Source of the DNA: Deltaproteobacteria bacterium TL4 | GTDB taxonomy: Bacteria; SAR324; NAC60-12 | NCBI GenBank assembly: GCA_051382335.1 | Contig: JBBCAX010000202.1 | Coordinates: forward strand, 1 to 64,000 | Reading direction: 5' to 3' | Length of the DNA: 64,000 nucleotides | Shown: positions 29,125 through 39,314 of the stretch, piece by piece | Position numbering within the stretch: the stretch's first letter is position 1 | How the letters are laid out: each line of letters opens with the position of its first letter | The notes under the pieces: model-generated | Databases searched by the model: none | What the model saw: the letters and a program-made list of their open reading frames with translations, nothing else | Told to the model about the DNA's origin: nothing | Position numbers and translations under genes: made by a program

Positions 29125-30074
29125 GTTGGAATTTCTTTAGGCATGAGCCCACGTCCTGAATTTTCAAGAAAATCAATAAACCTTTTCAAAATGGGACCAT
29201 CTGGAATTTTCTCAATCAGCATTCGTTTGGCAACAACAGGTGGAAGGCTTTGGGTGAAAAAAATGTTATAAATTTGTTGAACCATCTGAATTTCTTCTGA
29301 ATTAAAACCGTTACGTTTCAACCCAACCAAATTAATCCCGTAAACTGTTGCCCGATGCCCTGTGCATAACATGTAAGGCGCGGCATCCTGATAGACACCA
29401 CTCATTCCTCCGATCATACTGTAATCACCAACTTTACAAAATTGATGAAAACACGCAAATCCGCCTGTCACCACATGTGAGCCAATTTCCACATGCCCCG
29501 CGAGGTTCGTCGAATTGGAAAAGGCACAATGATCTCCTACTTGAGCATCATGTCCAATATGAGAATAAACCAACAAAATATTGTCATTTCCAATGCGGGT
29601 CACGCCCCCGCCTTTGATGGAGCCACATTGAATGGAAACATACTCCCTGAGCTGATTATGGTTTCCTATCTCCACATAAGTGATGGCTTTGGTATGACTT
29701 GAGTCTTGTGCGGGAAAACCAATGGTGCAATAAGCGCCAATCAAGTTTCCCTCTCCAATCGTCGTTTTCCCTTTAATCGTGATATGATTCTCAAGATGAT
29801 TCCCTTTTCCTATATGGATTTCCCCTTCAAGTTCATGGGCATCACCTTCTTGATCATTCACAATATGACTGGGGAGCCCTAACGCGGAATAAGGTCCTAT
29901 TTTTACGGCTTCTCCCAAGGTAACGTGCCCTTGAACGATAACACCACGGTCAATCTGACATCCGTCTCCCAAGGTAACATCAGGACCAATTAAAGCATAA
30001 GGGCCAATAGAAACATGTTTTCCAATGACGGCGGATTCGCTGACAATTGCGGTTGGATGGATCTGTGAGGTCAT
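29121..30074 (-). CDS. lpxA: acyl-ACP--UDP-GlcNAc O-acyltransferase, elongated
   Basis: IHPTAIV, hexapeptide repeats, HIGHD, LAGHV, HQF, GINLVGLKRNGF. Confidence 0.92.
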   Translation of the reverse strand: MTSQIHPTAIVSESAVIGKHVSIGPYALIGPDVTLGDGCQIDRGVIVQGHVTLGEAVKIGPYSALGLPSHIVNDQEGDAHELEGEIHIGKGNHLENHITIKGKTTIGEGNLIGAYCTIGFPAQDSSHTKAITYVEIGNHNQLREYVSIQCGSIKGGGVTRIGNDNILLVYSHIGHDAQVGDHCAFSNSTNLAGHVEIGSHVVTGGFACFHQFCKVGDYSMIGGMSGVYQDAAPYMLCTGHRATVYGINLVGLKRNGFNSEEIQMVQQIYNIFFTQSLPPVVAKRMLIEKIPDGPILKRFIDFLENSGRGLMPKEIPT

Positions 30075-30104
30075 GATTTTTTCCTGTAACGGTTGGTAAC
30101 TTTT

Positions 30105-31568
30105 TTATGAAATATCATTCCAATCAATATTTTCTGATTTTAAACTTTCAATTTGCTCTTGTATTGCGAGACAACGAGGATGTTCAATACCCAACGTTTT
30201 TTCGTAGATGTTGCGGACCGTTTGATAGAGGGCAATCGCTTTATCCGCAGAATCATTCACCTCATACCAAGCCGCTATATTCTGTAAATGCACCGCAAAC
30301 TGCGGATGGTCTTCCCCTAGACGGTTACGATCAATTTCAAGGGCCTGTTCGTAGAGTTCAAACGCTTGCTCGGGATCGTCCATCGCTTCGTACAAAGACG
30401 CTAAATTGTTGAGATGAATGGCGTAACTGGGATGATCTTCTCCCAGCAACTTACGGTCTAACGCCAGTGTTTGTTGATAAAGAGTAAGGGATTCCTGATA
30501 CTCTCCCATGGCCGTATGGAGAAGCGCCAAATTATTTAAGTAGCTGGCGATATCAGGATGTTCCGTTCCTAATGCATTACATGCGGTAACCATTGCTTTT
30601 TGCGCAAGGGGCAGGGCTTTATCATAATCTTCCATGGATTCATATAAGGAGGCGAGATTACTTAAATGAATCGCATAGGTGGGGTGCGTTTCTCCTATCG
30701 TTTTTTCATCAATTTCCAGGGTTAATTGATACAAGGCCAGGGCTTCTTCATAGGAGCCAATGGATTCGTATAAATTGGCCAAGTTATTGATACATGCGGC
30801 ATAGTTAGGATGTTCTTTTCCAACAACTTCAGCGGCAATCTCCAACGCTTTTTCATAAAGTTCCAACGCTTTTTCATAGAGCCCCATCGCCTCATAAACA
30901 TTGGCAAGGTTATTCAAATGCGCGGCATATTGAGAATGTTTTTCTCCATAAATCTTTTTGTCAATCGCCAATGCGGTTTCATACAGGGGAATCGCCTTTT
31001 GAAGTTCCCCAATCTCCCTGTATAAATTAGCCTGATTGTTTAAAAAAACAGCATATTCAGCAGAATCCTTTCCTGAACTGTGTGCGGTTAATTCTAAAAC
31101 TTTATCATAGAGTTCAAGCGCTTGATCATAATCCCCCAAAGACTCGTGAACAAAGGCCAGATTTTGTAAATGAACTGAAAAATAAGGATGCTTGGGATCT
31201 AATGTTTTTTCCTCAACTTCCCGTATTTGCTGATACAACGGGAACGCTTGGTCGTGATGTCCCATGGTATCATAGAGTGAGGCGAGGTGAGCCAAATGCA
31301 AGGTATATTGAGGATGCTCTTCAGAAAACGCTGATTTATCAATGGCCAAGGCCGATTTAAATGTTTGCTCCGCCTCTGAATATTTGGCCAATGACTGCTG
31401 CAGCAGTGCCATTTTATCTAAATCATCAGCAATCGTGTGATGGGATTCACCCAGACTTTGTCGATCTTGCTCCAAGATTTGTTGATAAAATGATAGAGCT
31501 TCTTCATAGTTTGATTTTCCCTCATGTAAACGGGCATGCTTAATCAAGTCATCTCTTGTGGAACCCAT
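30105..31568 (-). CDS. tetratricopeptide repeat protein with 42-aa (kinesin-light-chain-type) repeats
   Basis: about ten repeats of HP.YA..LNNLA.LY..MG.Y..AL.LY..AL; GAGGTG RBS before ATG 31568. Confidence 0.93.
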   Translation of the reverse strand: MGSTRDDLIKHARLHEGKSNYEEALSFYQQILEQDRQSLGESHHTIADDLDKMALLQQSLAKYSEAEQTFKSALAIDKSAFSEEHPQYTLHLAHLASLYDTMGHHDQAFPLYQQIREVEEKTLDPKHPYFSVHLQNLAFVHESLGDYDQALELYDKVLELTAHSSGKDSAEYAVFLNNQANLYREIGELQKAIPLYETALAIDKKIYGEKHSQYAAHLNNLANVYEAMGLYEKALELYEKALEIAAEVVGKEHPNYAACINNLANLYESIGSYEEALALYQLTLEIDEKTIGETHPTYAIHLSNLASLYESMEDYDKALPLAQKAMVTACNALGTEHPDIASYLNNLALLHTAMGEYQESLTLYQQTLALDRKLLGEDHPSYAIHLNNLASLYEAMDDPEQAFELYEQALEIDRNRLGEDHPQFAVHLQNIAAWYEVNDSADKAIALYQTVRNIYEKTLGIEHPRCLAIQEQIESLKSENIDWNDIS

Positions 31569-31739
31569 GTCACCTCTCATTTGGAGCGTGTTTCTAAAAA
31601 TATTTTCACCAATGTTTTCACGTTACTGTATGCCGTATTCTTCTTCTGAAAGCAAGTGAAATACCAAGATGATAAAGAAATCTTCTTCATTACAATTTTG
31701 CCTGAGAAAAAAATATTAGGTTCTTCTCTGTGTGCCTTC

Positions 31740-32969
31740 CTAGGCTCGTCTGCGTCGCAGATTTCTCCAATTCAAACTCAGCATTGCGCTGGCTGCCGCC
31801 ATCCAGGGATTTAAGTCGGTGTCTGGGTCTTTGCCTTTGGCCATCAACGCGAATTGTTGTTCATACCAAGTCAGGTCTAACATAAAGGCTTTATCGAGCA
31901 TTCGGAATCCAGTGGTTATTTGTGCATTCACAGGACTTTGGAAGTTCTCACCTTGTAAGACACGATTGGGTAAATCGGGTGTTAGCGCAAAAGGACGTGC
32001 CAGCCCGACTAAATCGGTTGCGCCGCTTTCAACCGCGTGCATCATGCCTGAGGCTGTGCGAAATCCGCCTGTAACAGCAATTGGCACAGGGACCACCTTG
32101 CGGATTTTTTCCGCAAAACTCAGGAAATAGGCTTCACGCTGACGTGTGCTTTCCGCAACTTGATTTCCATTCATCATTGCGGGAACTTCATAAGTGCCAC
32201 CTGAGATTTCGATCAAATCAATACCAGCATTGGAAATGGTTTCAATGACTTGAAAGGACTCTTCTTCAGTAAACCCTCCTCTTTGAAAATCGGCGGAGTT
32301 CAATTTTAAGCCTACGGGATAATCCGTTCCTACAGCGTTACGGATAGTGCGATATATTTCTGATAAAAAGCGCATCCGGTTTTGGATACTTCCGCCCCAT
32401 TGATCCTGCCGTTGATTGTGATGCGGAGACAAAAATTGACTGACCAAATACCCATGGGCTCCATGAATCTGAACGCCCGTAAAACCCGATTTTTTCGCAA
32501 TGGCGGCTGTTGTTCCAAAGCGTTCAATGATTTCCAGTATTTCATCATGGGTTAAGGCTCTGGGTTTGTTAAACATCGGTAACTTGAGAGGAATCGCTGA
32601 AGGGGCAACAGGTTCTCTTGATAAAATATTCGGAACTTGTTTTCCAGGATGATTGATTTGCATCCACAAATGATTTCCATTGACCGTTCCTGCGCTAGCC
32701 CAACGTTTTAATTCAGAAAAATGCTGTTCATCCTCAATCACCACATTTCCAGGCTCTCCCAAATATCGGGCATCAACCATCACATTTCCGGTGACCAGGA
32801 GACCGGCGCCTCCTTCAGACCAACGTTTATAAAGTTTTTCTAAGGCCGGGGTTGGCGCATAATTGGGCGCGCCTAAAACCTCACTCATCGCAGATTTCAT
32901 AAAGCGATTATTCACTTTTGCTCCACACGGTAACGTCAATTCTTTATCCAATACTGAAGCCTGATTCAT
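31740..32969 (-). CDS. NADH:flavin oxidoreductase (Old Yellow Enzyme family)
   Basis: NRFMKSAMSE, QINHPG, GVQIHGAHGYLVSQFLSP; ATGA overlap with upstream gene. Confidence 0.95.
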   Translation of the reverse strand: MNQASVLDKELTLPCGAKVNNRFMKSAMSEVLGAPNYAPTPALEKLYKRWSEGGAGLLVTGNVMVDARYLGEPGNVVIEDEQHFSELKRWASAGTVNGNHLWMQINHPGKQVPNILSREPVAPSAIPLKLPMFNKPRALTHDEILEIIERFGTTAAIAKKSGFTGVQIHGAHGYLVSQFLSPHHNQRQDQWGGSIQNRMRFLSEIYRTIRNAVGTDYPVGLKLNSADFQRGGFTEEESFQVIETISNAGIDLIEISGGTYEVPAMMNGNQVAESTRQREAYFLSFAEKIRKVVPVPIAVTGGFRTASGMMHAVESGATDLVGLARPFALTPDLPNRVLQGENFQSPVNAQITTGFRMLDKAFMLDLTWYEQQFALMAKGKDPDTDLNPWMAAASAMLSLNWRNLRRRRA

Positions 32970-34759
32970 TTCGGTCCTTTCCATTGATTGAGTCCTGTTA
33001 AGCCTAGCTTTGGCACCTTATAGGGAACACGCTCTTTGCTCGATGCTGGAAATCCGACTCTTTGATAAACCTGTAAACGAGCTCGACGTGCAGGCAGGTT
33101 CAAAGGATTCAGAGCCAGCGCATTGTTAAAATCATCCAACGCAAAGGAATATCGTTTCAAGAGTAAATAGCTCATACCACGATGATAGTAAACAAAATCT
33201 TGTTGGTTCTGGTTTTCAATGGATTTAGAAAAATTGAAAATGGCTTGTTCATACTGAGCCAATTGGAAATGCGCGATCCCTATTTGTCCAAAGGGTGCGT
33301 AAGAGGGGGGAAGACCCAAATCAATCATTTCTGAATAGATTTGAATGGCCTGTTCATAGTTTTGTTGACTGACTAAGGCGTCTGTTACCCGATAATAGGG
33401 ACGAAGCAATTTGTCATAAGGAGCCTTTGCCATTTGCACACAGGTGCGAGCAACCTGAAGCGCAGGCTCGATTTGTCCTCTGGCTAAAAACGCTCCTGTC
33501 AATACGAAATAAGGATAGGGAGATTCCGGATTATTTTCCAAAGACGCACTATATAAGGAAATTTCGTTTCGATAAATCCTACTGTGTTGTATCGTTAACA
33601 CCATGCATAGGATCACGACGCCAACGCCTAAAAAACGTCCTGTCGTCTGTAGCGGTACACTCCATTTTTTATTTATTTTTTCTAATTTCAACCAATAGGT
33701 TCTTCCCCCCGAAATAGACAAAATCAAAACAACAGGAACCGCAAAATATTGGTAATGATCTGCAACATAAATCACATCAAACATCGAAACATTGAAAAAG
33801 CCAAGAACGGGGAAAATGGAGACCCCAAAGAACGCAAGTCCACACAAAAGTCCCCTCCGCTGGTGTCGCCAGCTCCATAATCCAACACCAAATAACATCG
33901 TAAGGAGGAAGACAGGTTTTAGAGAAGTCCAATCTACAAAACTTAACGGCCATTTAGGATAAATAGCCATTAAAGGGTGAGGCCAAAGCACTTTAATAAA
34001 ATAAAACCAATACGCATTAGAGGCTAACATGATTTTTTGCAACCAACTTTGTTCTGGTGTCGGAATATCCATCATTTGTGTCGCCAGCACCGTGAATAGG
34101 CCAATGGCCAAACCCCAAAGAAAAAGGGGAGCCAACGCTAATACTTTTCGAACAGTGATTTTTCTTTCTTTCCAAAATAGCAGAATGACCAGCAACAAAG
34201 GGAAAATGCATGTCGCACTTTTTGCTAAAGTGGAAAGCATGAAATAAAGTAAGGCTTGCCAATAGTCCCGGCTTTTACCCTGTAGCTCAAACTGCCAATA
34301 CCTCCAAAACGCCAAAATGATGAAAAGCATAGCCAGAACATTCTTAAGTTCACTAATCCAGGCAACAGATTCAACATTAACCGGATGAATCCCAAAGATC
34401 AGCGAAATCCACCATGCGGCCTTGAGCTGGAGTGTTTGAAGTACCTTGTAAAGAAGACAGGCATTCAAGGCTTGGATAAGGACGTTAACGAGGTGATATC
34501 CCAGGGGATGATTCCCCCAAAGTTGGTATTCCAGCCAAAAAGTGCTTTGGGTGAGTGGATAATAACGTACATTTTGCTGGATCGTACTCCAAATTTGCCA
34601 TAACCCGTCAGGGTTGGTAACCAGGGAGTTTAAAAAAACGTATTTATGGTCATCCCAAATAATCCCCGCTTGATAGACCGGAAAGTAAGAAAATCCAGTC
34701 AGGAGAAGGAGTCCCAGATACGGTTTCAGTGCTTGTAATAAATCGGCCTGTTTATTCAT
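32966..34759 (-). CDS. multi-TM GT-C-type protein with C-terminal TPRs (TMTC-like)
   Basis: IWDD, YYPLT, GYHLVN, IHPVNVESVAWISELK, VADHYQY motifs; TPRs at the C-terminus. Confidence 0.85.
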   Translation of the reverse strand: MNKQADLLQALKPYLGLLLLTGFSYFPVYQAGIIWDDHKYVFLNSLVTNPDGLWQIWSTIQQNVRYYPLTQSTFWLEYQLWGNHPLGYHLVNVLIQALNACLLYKVLQTLQLKAAWWISLIFGIHPVNVESVAWISELKNVLAMLFIILAFWRYWQFELQGKSRDYWQALLYFMLSTLAKSATCIFPLLLVILLFWKERKITVRKVLALAPLFLWGLAIGLFTVLATQMMDIPTPEQSWLQKIMLASNAYWFYFIKVLWPHPLMAIYPKWPLSFVDWTSLKPVFLLTMLFGVGLWSWRHQRRGLLCGLAFFGVSIFPVLGFFNVSMFDVIYVADHYQYFAVPVVLILSISGGRTYWLKLEKINKKWSVPLQTTGRFLGVGVVILCMVLTIQHSRIYRNEISLYSASLENNPESPYPYFVLTGAFLARGQIEPALQVARTCVQMAKAPYDKLLRPYYRVTDALVSQQNYEQAIQIYSEMIDLGLPPSYAPFGQIGIAHFQLAQYEQAIFNFSKSIENQNQQDFVYYHRGMSYLLLKRYSFALDDFNNALALNPLNLPARRARLQVYQRVGFPASSKERVPYKVPKLGLTGLNQWKGPK

Positions 34760-34773
34760 AAAAATACTTAAGC

Positions 34774-35808
34774 TTACTTTAGTCGAAACGCATGAAAATT
34801 ATTAAAATCAACCCGATAGTTGATACGATCTTGTACGTGATATTTGTCCAGATACTCTCGGTAAAGTTTCCCTTCTTTTTTTTCGTAGTCCTCAATAAAT
34901 TGAGAATCAAAATCTTCACGATCATCCAGACCAAATAGACGTGCTGTCGCGGATTTGGGAGAGAGTTCCAGCAGAATGTGGGCATCAAATCGTTCAAATT
35001 CAGGTAGAAAAAGAGTGGTTCCCCAGAGCAGGAGCACCATTTCAGGCGCAAGGAAAAAAGGAAAGAGTGTGATTTCATAGAGTTCAATGAATTCTGGTGG
35101 TTTTTCGATATAGACACGTTCTCCCCGAAGGTAAGGCAGAACAATCACGTCAAGAATCCAATTCCCGATTTCGGAAGAACGCCAATAATTGGTTCCTTGA
35201 GATTGAACCAGAAATTCGTTCCCCAATACCTCATTTAAATCCATGCCCACGGTAATCACGCCTCGATTCTCAATCGCCTCGGTGAGGTGTTCTATGAAAA
35301 ATTCATGCCCACATTCTTCAGGACCACCCACTCCAACAATAAAGGGTTCTTTAGGAGCGTTATCTTTGGCTTTGAGAATCGAGTCTGCAATATTTTGTGC
35401 AGAAATTTCACTGGGATTAAAAATAAATATCAGATCCCGCAGGTATTGATATTGCTTTCCTCCATAATGAACGGCCGTTGAGGTCCCCCCCGCAAAAAAT
35501 TGACGATGCTCCGACAGCGCTGATTGAACCTCATGTTCGTCTGAAACCCAAAACACGTCTTGAGATAACAGCGACATATTCTGAGGCAAGACCTCCAGCG
35601 TTTTTTCATTTAATACTGAAATTTCAGTGTATTTTTTTGGATCAAAAGGAAGCTCACTTTTGGAAATCAAGATCACTTTAAAGTCCCGATCACTTAAAAT
35701 TCGAATACTTTCTTCAAAAGAGGCCCAATCCTCAGGCTTAAAAGATTTTCCAATGCTGTTCAGATCAAAAACAATTCGATGGATTTGGTTTGGATGAAAA
35801 GAAGACAT
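34774..35808 (-). CDS. HAD-like plus uridine-kinase-like fusion with degenerate catalytic motifs
   Basis: IVFDLN (HAD motif I-like), VFWVSD; PFIVGVGGPEECGH P-loop-like; FDAHILLE. Confidence 0.6.
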   Translation of the reverse strand: MSSFHPNQIHRIVFDLNSIGKSFKPEDWASFEESIRILSDRDFKVILISKSELPFDPKKYTEISVLNEKTLEVLPQNMSLLSQDVFWVSDEHEVQSALSEHRQFFAGGTSTAVHYGGKQYQYLRDLIFIFNPSEISAQNIADSILKAKDNAPKEPFIVGVGGPEECGHEFFIEHLTEAIENRGVITVGMDLNEVLGNEFLVQSQGTNYWRSSEIGNWILDVIVLPYLRGERVYIEKPPEFIELYEITLFPFFLAPEMVLLLWGTTLFLPEFERFDAHILLELSPKSATARLFGLDDREDFDSQFIEDYEKKEGKLYREYLDKYHVQDRINYRVDFNNFHAFRLK

Positions 35809-35935
35809 AGGCGGTACTCCTTCATGAAAAGCCTATTATCAATTGATGTAGATAGTTGTCTTGTAAATTTCATTAAAATATTACTCAATAGAATTTATTC
35901 TAGTAAGTAATGATACTCATCTTCAAAGAGGACTT

Positions 35936-37339
35936 GTGTTAAAGCATCATAATCAAATCCCTTTAACTCTATTATGGGGTACTGATCTTTTTCTCTCATA
36001 CATTTCCTGGGATGTGGCCTATTGGTTAAGGTTCTATTGGATCAATACGCCTGTCGCATTCTATATCCCCTCTCACTTGCCCTATGTAAGAGCCGGTAGC
36101 GTTGTTGTCATCCTGACGGGACTCATTTTCAGCATGATGGGGGTCTATCGTCCCCAACGCGTTTTCCGCATGTGGTCGGAACTTTTTTGTCTTGCGAAAA
36201 GTAGCCTCGGGTTATTCATCATCTTATTTGCGATTGCGTTTTTTTATCGCAAATTTTCGTATTCCCGCATTCACATGCTCTATTTTATTGTCTGCTTCAG
36301 CGCACTCTTGATCTGGTCTCGTCTTACCGTCAAATGGGGCTTGAACTTGCTTCACAAACGCGGGATTCACATCATGAATATCTTGGTGATTGGAACCTCT
36401 GAAACCGCCAACGCTTTTACACGAAAACTGAGACACTATCAAGTGAATGGTGTTTTTTTGAAAGGTGTCGTGGGATTGACAGGTTCCCCTCCCGCTGACA
36501 CTGTTGCGGATATTCCCTATTTGGGGACTATTGAACAACTGCATCAAACTATTGAAGATCATAAAATTGATCAAGTCTTTATTGCCCTTTCATTCCAGGA
36601 GCAAAGCCACCTTCCTTACTTAAAGGAGGTTCTTTCCGAACAAATGGTGGATATAAAAATCATCCCTGATCTTGGAATCTTCAAAACGCTGCGAACCGAT
36701 GTTGATGACTTTGAGGGCATTCCGATCATTACCATTACGCAAAGTCCTTTGATGGGGTGGAATCTGGTATTGAAACGTGCCTTTGATTTTTTAGGGGGGA
36801 TGTTGGCGCTCCTTTTGTTTTCGCCCGTGATGATTTTGATCAGCCTCCTGATCAAAATCACGGCTCCTGGTCCCATTTTATACAAACAAGAGCGAATGGG
36901 ATTTGATGGGCTCAAGTTCAATGCTTTAAAATTTCGCTCTATGCAAATTGACGCGGAAAACCAAAGCGGAGCGGTTTGGGCTCAAAAAAACGATTCTCGA
37001 GTCACACCGTTGGGCGCCTTTTTACGAAAAAGCAGTTTGGATGAACTGCCTCAACTTTTCAACGTGATCAAAGGAGAAATGAGCTTGGTTGGGCCACGTC
37101 CAGAACGACCTGTTTTTATAAACGATTTCAAAAAGAACATCCCCAATTACATGCTACGTCACAAAGTAAAAGCAGGCATGACAGGATGGGCTCAAGTCAA
37201 CGGATGGCGAGGAAATACCTCTTTAGAAAAACGAATAGAGCATGATCTGCATTACATTGAAAATTGGTCTGTTTGGTTGGATATCAGAATCTTATTTTTG
37301 ACGATTTTCAAAGGCTTCGTCAACCCCCATGCGTATTAG
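35936..37339 (+). CDS. wcaJ: undecaprenyl-phosphate glucose phosphotransferase (WcaJ family)
   Basis: 4 TM, KRAFD, KFRSM, LDELPQLFNV, SLVGPRPERP, GMTGWAQVNG. Confidence 0.93.
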   Translation: MLKHHNQIPLTLLWGTDLFLSYISWDVAYWLRFYWINTPVAFYIPSHLPYVRAGSVVVILTGLIFSMMGVYRPQRVFRMWSELFCLAKSSLGLFIILFAIAFFYRKFSYSRIHMLYFIVCFSALLIWSRLTVKWGLNLLHKRGIHIMNILVIGTSETANAFTRKLRHYQVNGVFLKGVVGLTGSPPADTVADIPYLGTIEQLHQTIEDHKIDQVFIALSFQEQSHLPYLKEVLSEQMVDIKIIPDLGIFKTLRTDVDDFEGIPIITITQSPLMGWNLVLKRAFDFLGGMLALLLFSPVMILISLLIKITAPGPILYKQERMGFDGLKFNALKFRSMQIDAENQSGAVWAQKNDSRVTPLGAFLRKSSLDELPQLFNVIKGEMSLVGPRPERPVFINDFKKNIPNYMLRHKVKAGMTGWAQVNGWRGNTSLEKRIEHDLHYIENWSVWLDIRILFLTIFKGFVNPHAY

Positions 37340-37356
37340 GCCAACCAAACGATAAA

Positions 37357-39168
37357 TTAGTTAGCGTTACTCGCTTTAGGAAACCAAACTAAAAACACGG
37401 CACCATGTCCTTTGTCCTGTCCCCCTCGATCTTCCAAGGTTAAATCGCCAAAGGCCTGACGTGCCAATCTCCGGCTTAACCCCAAGCCTAGCCCCGTACC
37501 TTCACTTGCTGGTTTGGTGGTAAATCGCATTTCAAATATTTTAGGCGCAATCTCCTCAGCAATACCACTTCCGCTGTCTTTTATGCGAATTTCCAACCTC
37601 TGCTCAGTTTCAGAAGTAGAAACGGTAATGATTCCATTCCGTTCAATAGCTTGCATGGCATTTCGAATCAAGTTATGGAGGATTTGCACCAATTCGTTAG
37701 GATCACAATTGATTTTGGATCGATGGTTGAACTCTGTGACCATTTCGATTTTGTGCTTTGCCAGTCCATCTTTTGTTAAGCCATCTGCCGTTTGAATGGA
37801 CTGAGTGACATCAATCATGGCGGTGCTCTTCGCACTGCGCGACAAGCCGCGTAAATTGTCAACAATTCCAACAATACGGTTTAATTGAGCTTCAATGAAG
37901 TGTAAATCCTTTTTCAACTCTACCGCACTTTCCTTCAGGTTTTGTAAATCCTCTTCAATCAAAGGAGGTGCGTCCTCGTCATCTTCTGGTTTCTCTGTCA
38001 AGGTTTCAATCAATTGCTCAATGCCACCACCGCTATAATCCTCGCCCCAACCTTCCGCAATCAGTTTTATCATAGCGATAGGACCTTCATCTCCTTGAAG
38101 TTTTTGAAGTTTAGCTAACACTGCGGTCATCGGATTCAAAACTTCGTGTGCCACCATTCCCGCGGTTTCACCGACAGACGCAAGCCTTGTGCTTTCAACC
38201 AACTGAGATTGGGCTTTATTCAATTCTCGCGTGCGTTCTGCCACGATCGACTCCAAATTGGAGATGATGTGACTATTTTCGATATAGGGCCCGATGGATT
38301 TTCCAAAAAGATCCAGGTACTCCAATTTTTCTTGGGAAATATCCTCGGTATTCTGAAACTGAAAGGTTGCTAAAAAACCGTAGTCCTGGGTGTTGCTGCG
38401 GATGGGTAGTAACAAGGACCTTCCCTGTTCAATGCCATCGATCATGTTGGGTTCCACTTGATGAACCATATAAGGTTCATTGCTGTTTTGGAGTGTTCCA
38501 ATATCCGCTTTGATGGTGTTCACCAGTTGTTGTACTTGTTGTTCGTTAAAATCAGGTTCCGAACTGCGAGACGTACTGACCGCGACATAGGTGTCCTCTT
38601 CTTTCTGGTGTTGAATGAATTGACAACAGTCCATCGCAAGGTGCTCAACCACAAAATCTGTAATTTTGTGCATCAGGGCATTGACTTGAGTCACTTTTCT
38701 AAACTCGTCAGCCGCATCATTCAAAGTTTGTAAGAAGGCGACCTTGCGCTCTAAATGATCAAGATTGGCGCGGAAGTTTCGATAAAGCTGAACTTCATCG
38801 GTGGTGTCCTGGAATAGCAGGATATACCCCTGGGGCGCTCCCACTTCATCAGCTAAGGGGGTGACCATCGGTCGAACAATGAGTTCCTCATTACTTTTTC
38901 GCCTTCCATGAGACTCGTCCCAATTGATAGTTCGACCCAGCTTGGTCGCCATGTCGGCTAAACAACCATCGTGACAAAAGGAAAAATTGAGGAATTCATG
39001 ACAGTAATGTACGCCCTGACGCACTTCCCGACCCGCCATCAAAAAGAAAGCCCGATTATAAGCAAGAATTTCTTTTTCCAAGCTGATGATACAAACAGGC
39101 AACGGGAGTTTTTGGATAAACTCGTTGATGTTGTCAGGTATTCCAATTAGTTCAAACGACTGTTTCAT
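37357..39168 (-). CDS. cytoplasmic PAS-GAF sensor histidine kinase
   Basis: Cys-containing PAS, GAF-like region, AHEVLNPM H-box, FTTK..EGTGLGL. Confidence 0.92.
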   Translation of the reverse strand: MKQSFELIGIPDNINEFIQKLPLPVCIISLEKEILAYNRAFFLMAGREVRQGVHYCHEFLNFSFCHDGCLADMATKLGRTINWDESHGRRKSNEELIVRPMVTPLADEVGAPQGYILLFQDTTDEVQLYRNFRANLDHLERKVAFLQTLNDAADEFRKVTQVNALMHKITDFVVEHLAMDCCQFIQHQKEEDTYVAVSTSRSSEPDFNEQQVQQLVNTIKADIGTLQNSNEPYMVHQVEPNMIDGIEQGRSLLLPIRSNTQDYGFLATFQFQNTEDISQEKLEYLDLFGKSIGPYIENSHIISNLESIVAERTRELNKAQSQLVESTRLASVGETAGMVAHEVLNPMTAVLAKLQKLQGDEGPIAMIKLIAEGWGEDYSGGGIEQLIETLTEKPEDDEDAPPLIEEDLQNLKESAVELKKDLHFIEAQLNRIVGIVDNLRGLSRSAKSTAMIDVTQSIQTADGLTKDGLAKHKIEMVTEFNHRSKINCDPNELVQILHNLIRNAMQAIERNGIITVSTSETEQRLEIRIKDSGSGIAEEIAPKIFEMRFTTKPASEGTGLGLGLSRRLARQAFGDLTLEDRGGQDKGHGAVFLVWFPKASNAN

Positions 39169-39314
39169 AATACGATCCTGTCTCTTTGTGACACCTTTTC
39201 TTTATCTTTAACAGCTCTTAGAGCAAATGTCACTTGTATCTCGCAGGAAAAACAAGTAAGGGTTATCATTTTTGTTGAAACTCGATAATCACGTCATCCT
39301 CCTTTCAACACCAG

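Noticed and set aside
30105..31568. 126-nt periodicity suggestive of an array
   Set aside because: Explained by 42-aa TPR coding repeats; no identical repeats with unique spacers, so not CRISPR
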